NCBI GenBank assembly: GCA_965223155.1
Contig: CBDCVR010000014.1
Span: 1,184,001-1,248,000 of the forward strand
Reading direction: 5' to 3'
DNA: 64,000 nt
From: Candidatus Multivoradales bacterium
GTDB lineage: Bacteria; Acidobacteriota; Thermoanaerobaculia; Multivoradales; JAHEKO01
The notes beneath the pieces were generated by a model that saw nothing but the letters and a program-made list of their open reading frames with translations, did no database searches and was not told the DNA's origin. Positions 38,819 to 48,798 of the stretch are shown piece after piece (the stretch's first letter is position 1; each line of letters starts with the position of its first letter). The translations under genes were made by a program, and so were the position numbers.

Positions 38819-39487
38819 GTGGAGATTCCGCTCGCCGGCGGCGCCCGGGTCTCGGGTCTGCTCATCCGGCCGGACGACGCCCGAGCGCTCTACGTCTTGG
38901 GCCACGGCGCCGGTGCGGGCATGACCCACCCGGTCCTCGAGACCCTGGCAGCCCGATTCGCCGCCGCCGGCATCGCGACCTTGCGCTATCAGTTTCCCTA
39001 CATGGATGCGGGACGCCGAGCGCCCGACCGCCGGCCGGTGCTACTCGACGCGGTCGAGGCCGCGGCGGCCCGAGCCGCGCGGCTCGCACCCGAGCTGCCC
39101 CTGGTCGCCGGCGGCAAGTCGATGGGCGGCAGGATGGCCTCGATGGCGGCGGCCGAGAACCGGCTTGCCGCCGTCTCGGCTCTTGTCTTCGTCGGTTTTC
39201 CGCTCCATCCGGCCGGACGGCCCGGCACCGAGCGCGCAACCCACCTCGAGCGGGTCGGAAGGCCCATGCTCTTTCTGCAAGGAACCCGGGACCGGCTCGC
39301 CGACCTCACTCTGCTCGAGCCCATTGTGCGCGGCTTCGGCCCGCCCTCGCGGACCCACGTCGTCGAGGACGCCGATCACTCCTTTGCCATGACCAAGCGC
39401 AGCGGGCGCACCAGGGACGAGGTCCTGGACGAGCTCGCGGTCATCACCGCGGCCTGGATCGGCGAGGTCGTGGCCGGCGCCGCCTAG
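38819..39487 (+). CDS. Alpha/beta hydrolase family protein
   Basis: HGAGAGM, GGKSMGG, QGTRD, ADHSF. Confidence 0.9.
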   Translation: MEIPLAGGARVSGLLIRPDDARALYVLGHGAGAGMTHPVLETLAARFAAAGIATLRYQFPYMDAGRRAPDRRPVLLDAVEAAAARAARLAPELPLVAGGKSMGGRMASMAAAENRLAAVSALVFVGFPLHPAGRPGTERATHLERVGRPMLFLQGTRDRLADLTLLEPIVRGFGPPSRTHVVEDADHSFAMTKRSGRTRDEVLDELAVITAAWIGEVVAGAA

Positions 39488-39591
39488 CGACGGTAGCGAC
39501 CAGCTCGGATCGACTTCGAAGCGGCTCGAATCGGCTTCGAGTTGACTTCGAATTGACTTCAATCCCGGGGGGATCAGTCTATGCTAGGTCG

Positions 39592-40581
39592 ATGAGCAGC
39601 AGCGTCTCGGTGGGCCTCAATGCCGTAGTCATCGCGGTCACGGATGAAGAGCCCCGAGTGTTGGTCCTAAGACCGGCCGACGGTGCCCGGCCCTCCCCCC
39701 TGCCCTTCGGCCCGCTCGAGCCAGATGCCCATCGCACCCTCGAGCTGGGACTTCGAGCGTGGGTCCGGGAGCGCACCGGCCTGGACCTCGGCTACGTCGA
39801 ACAGCTCTACACCTTTGGAGACCGCAACCGGCAGCGGCAGGAAAGTCACTCCGAACGCGTGCTCTCGATCGCCTACCTGGCGCTGGTCAACGAGCCCGCG
39901 GGCGGCGCGGAAGGGGTCTCGTGGCGACCGGTGTACAGCTATCTACCGTGGGAGGACTGGCGCGAAGGACGGCCCGCCGTCCTCGACCGGCGCATCATTC
40001 CGGCGCTGCGCGGCTGGGCCGATCGCGGCGGACACAGCGCCGACCGGCGGGCGAAGCGCGAGCGCCTCGAGATCACCTTCGGACGGGCCGGCGCTCCATG
40101 GAATGGCGATCGCGTGCTCGAGCGCTACGAGCTCCTCTACGAAGCCGGCCTGGTTGCCGAGGCGGCGCGGCAGGAAGGCGGCGGCGAGGGTGCCGGTTCC
40201 GGAGAGTCCGGGGAGGACGCAGAACTCGGGGAGCCGGGGTTCGGCCGCGAGATGCCGTTCGACCACCGCCGCATTCTGGCCACCGCGCTCGGACGCCTGC
40301 GCGGCAAGATCCGGTACCGGCCGGTGATCTTCGAGCTCATGCCGCCGACCTTTACCCTCTTCCAGCTCCAGCGCACGGTCGAAGCTCTGGCGGGCGTACG
40401 CCTGCACAAGCAGAACTTCCGGCGGCTCGTGGACAAGGGCGGCCTGGTCGAAGGCACCGGCCGCATCGAGCGCAACACCGGCGGCCGGCCCGCTGAGCTC
40501 TTCCGGTTTCGCCACGAGGTGCTGCGGGAGCGTCCGGCTCCGGGCGTCGGCCTGCCCGGGCACCGCGGTCCGGGGGCTTGA
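39592..40581 (+). CDS. nadQ: Nudix-related NAD biosynthesis regulator NadQ (COG4111)
   Basis: LGYVEQLYTFGDR, LPWEDWR, VLERYELLYEAGL, DHRRILATA..RLRGK..YRP, LHKQNFRRL; directly upstream of nadABC. Confidence 0.85.
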   Translation: MSSSVSVGLNAVVIAVTDEEPRVLVLRPADGARPSPLPFGPLEPDAHRTLELGLRAWVRERTGLDLGYVEQLYTFGDRNRQRQESHSERVLSIAYLALVNEPAGGAEGVSWRPVYSYLPWEDWREGRPAVLDRRIIPALRGWADRGGHSADRRAKRERLEITFGRAGAPWNGDRVLERYELLYEAGLVAEAARQEGGGEGAGSGESGEDAELGEPGFGREMPFDHRRILATALGRLRGKIRYRPVIFELMPPTFTLFQLQRTVEALAGVRLHKQNFRRLVDKGGLVEGTGRIERNTGGRPAELFRFRHEVLRERPAPGVGLPGHRGPGA

Positions 40582-40606
40582 CGGCCGCCCCAGACCTTCT
40601 TATACT
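40578..40606 (+). promoter_or_regulatory. Sigma-70 promoter of nadABC
   Basis: TTGACG (40578-83), 17-bp spacer, TATACT (40601-06). Confidence 0.8.
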
Positions 40607-40674
40607 CAAATTCAGCATTGATCCGGCCTCGGCCGGCTTCTCTTGACTCCCAATAATACTCAATCCGAGAATAA
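40600..40674. promoter_or_regulatory. Two 21-bp NadQ-type operators
   Basis: TTATACTCAAATTCAGCATTG (40600-20) and TAATACTCAATCCGAGAATAA (40654-74), imperfect ATRCTC-N5-GAGYAT palindromes. Confidence 0.7.
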
Positions 40675-40683
40675 GAGGTCCCC

Positions 40684-41727
40684 ATGTCCACCCCCCAACT
40701 CGCCCCGCAGGACCCCAACCCGCAGCTCGCGTACACCCCGGAGGTGGCCGCCGCCACGGCCGCGGTCCGGGAGCGTCTCGAGGGAGTGCTGCCGGCCATG
40801 GAATGGCCGGTGCACGCGCCGCTCATCGCCGCCATCAACCGGCTCAAGGTCGAGCGCAACGCCGTCGTCCTCGCCCACAACTACCAAACGCCGGAGATCT
40901 TCCACGGTGTCGCCGACCTCTCCGGCGACTCGCTGGCGCTCGCGCGCCAGGCGGCCACGACCGACGCCGACGTGATCGTCCTCTGCGGCGTCCACTTCAT
41001 GGCCGAGACCGCCAAGATCCTCAACCCGGACAAAACCGTTCTCATCCCCGACTTGGAGGCCGGCTGCTCGCTCGCCGATTCGATCACCGCCAGCGACATT
41101 CGCCTCCTCCGCCAGCGCTATCCCGGCATCCCGGTCGTGACCTACGTCAACACCTCCGCCGAGGTCAAAGCGGAGTCGGACATCTGCTGCACTTCGGCCA
41201 ACGCCGTCGAGGTGGTCGAATCGCTCGGTTCGGAGCGCGTCATCTTCTTGCCCGACGAGTACCTCGGTCGCTGGGTCGCCAGCCAGACCGACGTCGAGAT
41301 CATCCTCTGGCACGGCCACTGCGAGGTCCACGAGCGCTTCACCGGCGACCAGCTCCGCGCCTACCGCGGCAATCTCGAAGGAGTCCAGATCCTGGCCCAT
41401 CCCGAATGCCCGCCGGACGTCCTCGCCGAGGCCGACTACGTAGGCTCGACCTCGGGCATGATCCAACACGTCGGCGCCACCCGACCGGCCCGCGTCGTCA
41501 TGATCACCGAGTGCTCGATGAGCGACAACGTCGCGGTGCACTACCCGGACGTCGAGTTCGTGCGCCCGTGCGCGCTCTGCCCGCACATGAAGCGGATCAC
41601 CTTGCCCAAGATCCTGAGCGCGCTCGAGACCCTGCGGCACGAGGTCCAGGTCGATCCGGCCGTCGCCGACGGCGCCCGCCGCGCGGTCGAGCGCATGCTC
41701 GCCGTGGGCCGCGGACCCGCGCGATGA
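40684..41727 (+). CDS. nadA: Quinolinate synthase
   Basis: [39 protein letters not shown]. Confidence 0.97.
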   Translation: MSTPQLAPQDPNPQLAYTPEVAAATAAVRERLEGVLPAMEWPVHAPLIAAINRLKVERNAVVLAHNYQTPEIFHGVADLSGDSLALARQAATTDADVIVLCGVHFMAETAKILNPDKTVLIPDLEAGCSLADSITASDIRLLRQRYPGIPVVTYVNTSAEVKAESDICCTSANAVEVVESLGSERVIFLPDEYLGRWVASQTDVEIILWHGHCEVHERFTGDQLRAYRGNLEGVQILAHPECPPDVLAEADYVGSTSGMIQHVGATRPARVVMITECSMSDNVAVHYPDVEFVRPCALCPHMKRITLPKILSALETLRHEVQVDPAVADGARRAVERMLAVGRGPAR

Positions 41728-43361
41728 CTCGCGCCGCCCGAGACCGGCCGCGACAATCGCCCGACGCGGTCGAGGTGGTCGATCTGGTGGTCGTGGGCGC
41801 CGGCGTCGCCGGGCTCTCGGCCGCCCTCGCCAGTCCCGATCTCGAAGTCCGGCTCATCACCCGCGGCGAGCTGGGCCGCTCGGGAGCGAGTCCACTCGCC
41901 AAGGGAGGCATCGCCGCGGCGGTTGGAGCCGGCGACAGCCCCCTCGACCACGCCGCTGACACCGAAGCCGCCGCCGCCGGCCTGGCCGACCCGGAGATCG
42001 TGCGCCTTCTGACCCGGGAAGGTCCGACCGAGATCGCACGGCTCTTGACCCTGGGCGCGCGCTTCGACCGCGATCCGGAGGGCCGTCTAGCGCTGGGCCG
42101 CGAAGCGGCCCACGGCCGCCACCGAATCCTCCACGCCGGCGGCGACGCGACCGGCGCCGAGGTAGTCCGCGCTCTGGTGGCCGCCGCACGCGCCCGAACC
42201 GGACTCGAAGTCGAAGAACGCACCGAGGTTCTCGACCTGGTGATCGAGCACGGCCGGGTCGCCGGGGTCGCCACGCGCTCCGAGGACGGGCGCATCAAGC
42301 TTCTGCTGAGCCACGCCACCGTCCTTGCCACCGGCGGCCTAGGCGCCGCCCACGCACGCACCACGAATCCCCCGGAATCGATCGGCGAGGGCCTGGCGAT
42401 GGCGGCGCGCGCCGGCGCGCGCCTGGCCGATCTCGAGTTCGTCCAGTTCCACCCCACCGCCCTCGACGTCGGAGCCGATCCCATGCCGCTTCTGACCGAG
42501 GCCCTGCGCGGCGCCGGGGCGACGCTGGTGGACGACGCCGGCCGGCGCTTCCTCAAAGAGGTTCATCCGTCGGCCGAGCTGGCCCCGCGGGACGTCGTCA
42601 CCCGGGGAATCTGGCGGTTGCACCAGGACGGCGGCCGCGCCTATCTCGACGCCACGTCCCTCGGAACCGAGCTCTTCGAGCGCTACCCGGCGGCCGCAGC
42701 GGCCTGCCGCGCCCACGGCCTGGATCTCGGCGCGGCTCCCGTCCCGGTCTCGCCGGCGGCTCACTACCACATGGGCGGCATCGCGGTGGACTCCCGCGGC
42801 CGCTCGTCTCTGGCCGGACTCTGGGCCTGCGGCGAGGTGGCACGTACCGGGGCTCACGGCGCCAACCGGCTGGCCAGCAACTCGCTCCTGGAAGGACTGG
42901 TCTTCGGCGCGCGAGTGGGTGCGGACATCGCCCGGCGGGTCGCGGACTTGGGCCCGAGGCCGGTGCGCGTCGAAACGGTCGAAGACGCCGCCAACCAGAT
43001 CCCGGCCGAGCGGGCCGTTGAGCTTCGGGCCGCAATCCGCCGCACGCTCTGGAACGACGTTGGCGTCGTGCGCGACCGCGACGGCCTGGAGCGCGCCGCC
43101 AGGCTCTTCAAGGAGCTCGAGCGCTCCGATTCCGGACGGCACCGCTCGATCCGCAATCTGGTCACCGTTGCCCAGCTGGTCACGGCCGCCGCCCTGGCCC
43201 GCGAGGAGAGCCGCGGCGGCCACTTCCGAACCGATTTCCCCAACCCCGATCCGCGCCATCGAGTCAGTCTCTCCCTGCGTCTGGATCCGGCCTCCGGCGC
43301 CCTCGCGATCGAGCGAATTCCCATCCGTTCGACTCCGACCCATAGGAAGACCGCATCATGA
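41724..43361 (+). CDS. nadB: L-aspartate oxidase
   Basis: [43 protein letters not shown]; ATGA overlaps. Confidence 0.95.
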   Translation: MTRAARDRPRQSPDAVEVVDLVVVGAGVAGLSAALASPDLEVRLITRGELGRSGASPLAKGGIAAAVGAGDSPLDHAADTEAAAAGLADPEIVRLLTREGPTEIARLLTLGARFDRDPEGRLALGREAAHGRHRILHAGGDATGAEVVRALVAAARARTGLEVEERTEVLDLVIEHGRVAGVATRSEDGRIKLLLSHATVLATGGLGAAHARTTNPPESIGEGLAMAARAGARLADLEFVQFHPTALDVGADPMPLLTEALRGAGATLVDDAGRRFLKEVHPSAELAPRDVVTRGIWRLHQDGGRAYLDATSLGTELFERYPAAAAACRAHGLDLGAAPVPVSPAAHYHMGGIAVDSRGRSSLAGLWACGEVARTGAHGANRLASNSLLEGLVFGARVGADIARRVADLGPRPVRVETVEDAANQIPAERAVELRAAIRRTLWNDVGVVRDRDGLERAARLFKELERSDSGRHRSIRNLVTVAQLVTAAALAREESRGGHFRTDFPNPDPRHRVSLSLRLDPASGALAIERIPIRSTPTHRKTAS

Positions 43362-44215
43362 CCGCCGACCTCTCGCTCGATCCCGTCCACTACCGGGAGC
43401 TGGTACGCCGCGAGCTGGCCGCCGACTTGGGCCAGGCCGGCGATCGAACCACCGACTCGATCGTGCCGGCCGATATCGTGGCCTCGGCAACCGTCGTCGC
43501 CCGGAGCCCCGGCCGGCTCTGCGGCCTCGAGGTTGCCCTCGAGGCCTTTCGCTTGCTCGACCCCGAGACGGCCTGCGAGCGCCTCCACGCCGACGGAGAC
43601 GACGTCGAGGCCGGCGCGGCGCTGGCTCGCGTTTCGGGCAGGGCGCGGAGCCTGCTCACGGCCGAGCGCACCGCCCTCAACTTCTTGGGACATCTGGCGG
43701 GCATCGCCACCTCCACCCGCGAGCTGGTGGGCCGCATCGAGGGCACCAAGGCCCGGGTGGCCGACACCCGCAAGACCACGCCGGGCCTGCGCGCGCTCGA
43801 GAAGCACGCGGTCCGGGCCGGCGGTGGCGTCAACCACCGCTTCGGCCTCTACGACGCCGTCCTCATCAAGGACAACCATCGGGAGATCGCCGGCGGCGTC
43901 GGCGCCGCCATCCGCGCCGCCCGCTCGACCCTGGGCCACATGGTCAAGCTGGAAGTCGAGGTGGATACGCTAGACCAGCTCGCCGAGGCGCTCGCCGAAG
44001 GGGTCGATGCCGTGCTGCTCGACAACTTCTCGCCCGCCGATCTGCGGCGGGCGGTGGCGGCGATCGACGGACGAGCCTTGGCAGAAGCCTCCGGCGGCAT
44101 CGGGCCCGAGACCATCCGCGCCGTAGCCGAGACCGGCGTCGACCTCATCTCGGTCGGCTGGATCACCCATAGCGCGCCCGCTCTGGACGTGGCTCTCGAC
44201 TTCGAGAGCCGCTAG
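43358..44215 (+). CDS. nadC: Quinolinate phosphoribosyltransferase
   Basis: ERTALN, DTRKTTPG, NHRFGL.D, KDNH, EVEVD, LLDN, EASGG. Confidence 0.97.
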   Translation: MTADLSLDPVHYRELVRRELAADLGQAGDRTTDSIVPADIVASATVVARSPGRLCGLEVALEAFRLLDPETACERLHADGDDVEAGAALARVSGRARSLLTAERTALNFLGHLAGIATSTRELVGRIEGTKARVADTRKTTPGLRALEKHAVRAGGGVNHRFGLYDAVLIKDNHREIAGGVGAAIRAARSTLGHMVKLEVEVDTLDQLAEALAEGVDAVLLDNFSPADLRRAVAAIDGRALAEASGGIGPETIRAVAETGVDLISVGWITHSAPALDVALDFESR

Positions 44216-46377
44216 TTCCGCCAGGCCACGGTCAGCGCCAGCGAGCGCTCGGTGGCCAGCGGCACGCGCCGGTCGGCGGAGTTGAAATAGGACTCGTCCA
44301 GGAGGTTCGAGCCCCGAAGGCTGACGGTCAGGCCTTCGGCGGCGGCATAGGCCACCGAGCCGGTGACCACGTTGGCCGCCGGAATCGCCTTCTCACCGCT
44401 GCCCGGATCCGACTTGGCGAACCGCCGCTCGAAGCGTGTTCGCCAGCTCCACCTGCCGCGCGTCTGGCTCCAGCCTAGATGCACCCGGTCGGAGGGCACG
44501 TCGGCAAGGGCCGCGCCGCCTTCGGCCTTTCCCGAGATCCGATGGCCACCGAAACTCAGGGAGGCGGCGCTCGAGACACGCCAGGCGCCGTCGAGCTCGA
44601 CTCCCTCGATCCGTCCCGAGCGCAGGTTGACAAAGGTGAGCTCGCCGGACGCCACCTCGACGCGCTCGATGTAGTCGTCGATCTCGTTCCGGAAAGCCGC
44701 CGCGCTCAGGTAGAGCTCGCGTCCGAACCAGCGCAGGCCAAGGTCGGTGTTCAGGGAACGCTCCGGATCGAGTCCCGGGTTGCCGGCCACGAATCCGCGC
44801 CCCGTGGTGCCCTCGAAATACCGTTCCGAGAGCGACGGGAAGCGGAGACCCGTACCCGCGTTGGCGGCCAGCTCGAAGCCGCTGCCGAGAGGAACGACCA
44901 GGCCCGCGAAGGCGCTCGCCGCCGTATCGGAGGTGTCGGCGGCGCCGGCATTGCCTTGACGCTGGTGAGCGAGGCGGCCGCCGGTCACCAGCTCGACCCG
45001 CCCGCTCGAGCCCAGATCGCGCTCGAAGGCGGCGTAGAGACCCAGCTCCTTTTCGTTGGCGCCCGACAGGGTCTCCTGCTCCAGCAGCAACCGTCCGGAC
45101 GGGTCCCGACCGGTCTCGCGCGCGGTCACCCCGGTGCGAGCGTAGAGATCGCCGCCCCAGCGCGCCTCCCACGGCCCCAGCTCGCTTCGTTTCTGGACGT
45201 TGATACCCCAGTCCAGAGCTTCGTTCGAGATCCGGCTGACGCTGGTCCCGGCCTCGCCGGCGTCCTCGACCCGCGTCTCCAGCGTGTTGGGATGCGCCCA
45301 GGCTTCGAGCTTCCAGCCGCCTACGCCCCGGGCGGCAAAGCGCACCAGGCCATGCTCCTCCGAAGGGTAGACCGTGACCCGTGCGGGAGCATCGGTGCTG
45401 GCCTTGCCGATGTCTTTCCCCACCGAGGCGAGCGCCAGCAGCTCGAAGACGACGCCTTCCCGGCGCCAGCTTCGAGCAAACGAAGCCGACGATTGCTCGA
45501 ACCCCGACACTAACCGCTCGCCGCTCGGCGTTTCGGCATCCGAGGCTCGGCGCACCGCCAGCCCGACGCTCCAGGCGGCCTCGGAGGCGGCGTCGGCTCC
45601 CCGGCCCGGCGCCCCCCAGCCGAGGGTCGTAAAGGCCTCGCTGCCGGCGGTCGCGAAACCGCTCTCGACCGACAGCTCCTCGAAGCGGCGGGGAACGAGC
45701 TGCACGACGCCGCCCAGGGCGCCGGAGCCCCAGAAAGTGGAGGAGGGCCCCCGAACCACCTCGACCGAGTCGAGAAGCAGCGGGTCGAGGAAGGACGCCG
45801 ACACTCCCGCCCGGCGCTCGCTGGTGATCCGCATGCCCTCGACCAGGGTCAGCACCCGCTGGCGCGAAACGCCGCGCACCGAATAGGTCTGAAACAGGCC
45901 GCCCTGGCCGTTCTGGGAAACCGCCGGGGCCTGGCTCACCAGATCTCCGACCACGCTCGGCAGCGTCGCGATCTCTCCCGGCTCGATCACCGAGGTCGCA
46001 ACGCTGATCGGCGCGAAGCGCTCGCCGCCTCGCGAGGCCGACACCGCGACGGTCTCGAAGACCTCCTGCTTGGGCCGGAGCTCAATGGCGAGCGGCACGC
46101 CGTCGCCGGCAGCGACCTCCCGCTCGACCTCCAGGAAGCGAGGGTGCGTCGCCACCAGCGAGAGCGGCGGATCGAGCTCCAGCAGGAATCGTCCGGCGCC
46201 GTCGGTGTGGGTCGCTACCTCCGTGCCGTCCGCGTCCGGCGCCGCGATCCGCACGTGCTCGATCGGCTCCCCGGACACGGTCGCGACCCGGCCGCGCACC
46301 TCGGCCCGGGCAGACGCCGGCAAGAGCGCCGCCACGGCGATGCCGCAGAGCAGCCAAACCTGATTCCTGGATTCCAT
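44212..46377 (-). CDS. TonB-dependent outer membrane receptor
   Basis: Signal peptide, plug motif VEVVRGPSS..WGSGALGGVV, GNP.L.PE, NLLD..Y, aromatic residue near C-terminus. Confidence 0.9.
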   Translation of the reverse strand: MESRNQVWLLCGIAVAALLPASARAEVRGRVATVSGEPIEHVRIAAPDADGTEVATHTDGAGRFLLELDPPLSLVATHPRFLEVEREVAAGDGVPLAIELRPKQEVFETVAVSASRGGERFAPISVATSVIEPGEIATLPSVVGDLVSQAPAVSQNGQGGLFQTYSVRGVSRQRVLTLVEGMRITSERRAGVSASFLDPLLLDSVEVVRGPSSTFWGSGALGGVVQLVPRRFEELSVESGFATAGSEAFTTLGWGAPGRGADAASEAAWSVGLAVRRASDAETPSGERLVSGFEQSSASFARSWRREGVVFELLALASVGKDIGKASTDAPARVTVYPSEEHGLVRFAARGVGGWKLEAWAHPNTLETRVEDAGEAGTSVSRISNEALDWGINVQKRSELGPWEARWGGDLYARTGVTARETGRDPSGRLLLEQETLSGANEKELGLYAAFERDLGSSGRVELVTGGRLAHQRQGNAGAADTSDTAASAFAGLVVPLGSGFELAANAGTGLRFPSLSERYFEGTTGRGFVAGNPGLDPERSLNTDLGLRWFGRELYLSAAAFRNEIDDYIERVEVASGELTFVNLRSGRIEGVELDGAWRVSSAASLSFGGHRISGKAEGGAALADVPSDRVHLGWSQTRGRWSWRTRFERRFAKSDPGSGEKAIPAANVVTGSVAYAAAEGLTVSLRGSNLLDESYFNSADRRVPLATERSLALTVAWRN

Positions 46378-46475
46378 CTCGAGTCGCTCCCTGCTGCCAA
46401 CAGCGGATCCGGACGCCGATGCTTCGGGCAGGCGCAGTACAATCTCACACCCCGGCGCCTCCTCCAATTCGGTCC

Positions 46476-47420
46476 ATGCAGCCATCGATCCAACTCCTCG
46501 ACCTCGGCAAACGGTACGGGGATTTCCGTGCCGTGGATGGCCTGTCTCTGGACGTCCCGAGCGGCCGGATCTTCGGCCTGCTGGGTCCCAACGGCGCCGG
46601 CAAGACCACCACGATCCGGATGCTTATGGACATCATCGCCCCGGATACGGGGAGCGTGAGGTTCTTCGGCCGCGAGCGCACGCGCGCGGACCTGACGCGC
46701 GTCGGCTACCTGCCCGAAGAGCGCGGCCTATACCGCAAGATGACCGTCACCGACCAGCTCGTTTTTCTGGGCGAGCTCCACGGCATGAGCCGCAAGGCCT
46801 GCCTGCCCGAGGTCGCGCGCTGGCTCGACCGGGTCGAGCTCGCCCACACCGCCAAGCAGAAGGTCGAGGAGCTTTCCAAGGGCATGCAGCAGAAGATCCA
46901 GCTCGTCGGCACCCTGCTCCACGATCCCGAGATCGTGGTTCTGGACGAACCCTTCTCAGGGCTCGACCCCATCAACCAAGGCCTCTTCAAAGACGTGCTG
47001 GCCGAGTACCGAAGCCGCGACAAGACCATCCTGTTCTCGACCCACGTCATGGAGCAGGCCGAGAAGCTGTGCGATGCGATCGCCCTCATCTCGCGCGGCA
47101 AGGTAGTCCTGGCTGGAGCGCTCGATGAGATCAAGCATCATTACGGGGGCCTCTCCTACCGAGTCGCGGCCCGCGGCGACCTGGGTGCCGTCTCCGAGAT
47201 CGAAGGTCTCGAGTCCCACCAACTCCACGACGGCTTCGCGCGGCTCATCCTCCATCCCGAGGCCGATCCGGCGGCGGTGCTCAGGGCCCTGACCGAAAGG
47301 CTCGACGTCACCGAGTTCCGCTCTGAAGCCCCCGAGCTCGGGGAGATCTTCATCGCCGCCGTCGGCGCCGCCGAGGCCGCCGTGGCAGAAGAGCCAGAAA
47401 ACCGGGAGAGCGCGGCATGA
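46476..47420 (+). CDS. ABC-2 type transporter ATP-binding protein
   Basis: GPNGAGKT, LSKGM, LDEPFSGLD, STH. Confidence 0.95.
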   Translation: MQPSIQLLDLGKRYGDFRAVDGLSLDVPSGRIFGLLGPNGAGKTTTIRMLMDIIAPDTGSVRFFGRERTRADLTRVGYLPEERGLYRKMTVTDQLVFLGELHGMSRKACLPEVARWLDRVELAHTAKQKVEELSKGMQQKIQLVGTLLHDPEIVVLDEPFSGLDPINQGLFKDVLAEYRSRDKTILFSTHVMEQAEKLCDAIALISRGKVVLAGALDEIKHHYGGLSYRVAARGDLGAVSEIEGLESHQLHDGFARLILHPEADPAAVLRALTERLDVTEFRSEAPELGEIFIAAVGAAEAAVAEEPENRESAA

Positions 47421-48691
47421 ACGGCACCGCGATCATCGCCAAACGCGAGTACCGGGCCCGGATCCGGAGCAAGGGCTTCTGGATCTCGACCGTGGCCTTG
47501 CCGGTGATGATGGCGGCCTGGCTGGTCCTGCCCAGCCTGGTGCTTTCCAAGGCGCGCGGAGCCCAGCGTTTGGCGGTGGTGGACCTGACCGGCGAAGTCG
47601 GGCCGGACCTCGAAGCCGAGCTCGGCGGGCTCTCCCGCGAGGCCGAGGAACAGATCGCCTTCGACGTGCGCCACGAGGCGCCGTCCGGCGATCCCGCGGA
47701 GCTTCGGTCTCGGCTGGACGGCCAGATCCTGGCCGGCGAGATCGACGCTTGGCTCTGGATCGACCAGCAGGCGATCGACGACGGCATAGCCGAATACCAC
47801 GCCCAGAGCGTCTCGAATCTCATCACGCAGCGCCTTCTCGAGCGCGCCCTGTCTCGCACCGCCCGGCGCGTCCGCATTCGCCAGGCCGGCATGGACCCGG
47901 ACACGGTCGAGGCCCTGAGCCGGTCCATGGATCTCGACACCGTGCGGGTGAGCTCCGAGGGCGCCAAGAAGGAGCGCGGCTTAGGCGGCTTCGCCCTGGC
48001 CATCGGTCTTTTCATGACGCTCTACATGACGACGCTGATCTACGGCCAGCAGGTAATGCTCGGCGTCCTGGACGAGAAGAGCTCACGGGTGGTCGAGGTC
48101 GTCGTCTCCTCGGTCAGGCCGATCGAGCTGCTGGCGGGCAAGCTTCTCGGTGTCGGCCTGATCGGCCTTACTCAGCTTGGAATCTGGCTGGCCACGGCGA
48201 TCGCGCTTACCGCGCCCGGGCTCGTAGCCGCGGCCTCGGTTCTGAACGGAGGCGCGGGCCTGCCCAGGATCACGCTGCCGATCGCGATCCACTTCGTGCT
48301 GCTCTTTCTCCTGGGCTACTTTCTCTACGCCTCGTTCTACGCCATGGTCGGCTCGGCCTTCAACAATCCCCAGGAGGCCCAGCAGCTCGCGAGCCTCGCC
48401 GTCGTCTTCATCGTACTGCCCTGGATCTTCTTCATGCCCATCTTGAACGACCCCGACTCGACCCTCGCGGTCGTAACCTCGCTCATCCCGCCCTTTACGC
48501 CGTCGCTCATGATGCTGCGGATCGCCACCAAGATGCCGCCCACCTGGCAGATCCTGCTGGGCTACGTGCTTACGGCGGCGGCCTGCGTCGTTTCGCTTTG
48601 GATCTCGGCGCGCGTCTACCGTATCGGGATCCTCATGTACGGCAAGAAGCCCACGTTCCGCGAGATCTGGCGCTGGATGCGCTACGCCTAG
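47417..48691 (+). CDS. ABC-2 type transporter permease (NatB/YhaP-like)
   Basis: REY..R.RSKGF, EKSSRV.E, L.GK, YR.GILMYGK; ATGA overlap. Confidence 0.92.
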   Translation: MNGTAIIAKREYRARIRSKGFWISTVALPVMMAAWLVLPSLVLSKARGAQRLAVVDLTGEVGPDLEAELGGLSREAEEQIAFDVRHEAPSGDPAELRSRLDGQILAGEIDAWLWIDQQAIDDGIAEYHAQSVSNLITQRLLERALSRTARRVRIRQAGMDPDTVEALSRSMDLDTVRVSSEGAKKERGLGGFALAIGLFMTLYMTTLIYGQQVMLGVLDEKSSRVVEVVVSSVRPIELLAGKLLGVGLIGLTQLGIWLATAIALTAPGLVAAASVLNGGAGLPRITLPIAIHFVLLFLLGYFLYASFYAMVGSAFNNPQEAQQLASLAVVFIVLPWIFFMPILNDPDSTLAVVTSLIPPFTPSLMMLRIATKMPPTWQILLGYVLTAAACVVSLWISARVYRIGILMYGKKPTFREIWRWMRYA

Positions 48692-48798
48692 CCGACGTTT
48701 CTCGCCGGGGCCGCCACCGCTTGCCACCGGGTTCGCCCGGATTACCGGGGTAGAATCCCGCCAGTTCTCGAAACCGGTCTTCGGAAGGAGCCGCCAGC

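Noticed and set aside
40803-41723. N-terminal extension of nadB (852-aa ORF), and similar extensions of nadQ, the hydratase and the dioxygenase
   Set aside because: Stop-poor high-GC shadow frames overlapping real upstream genes
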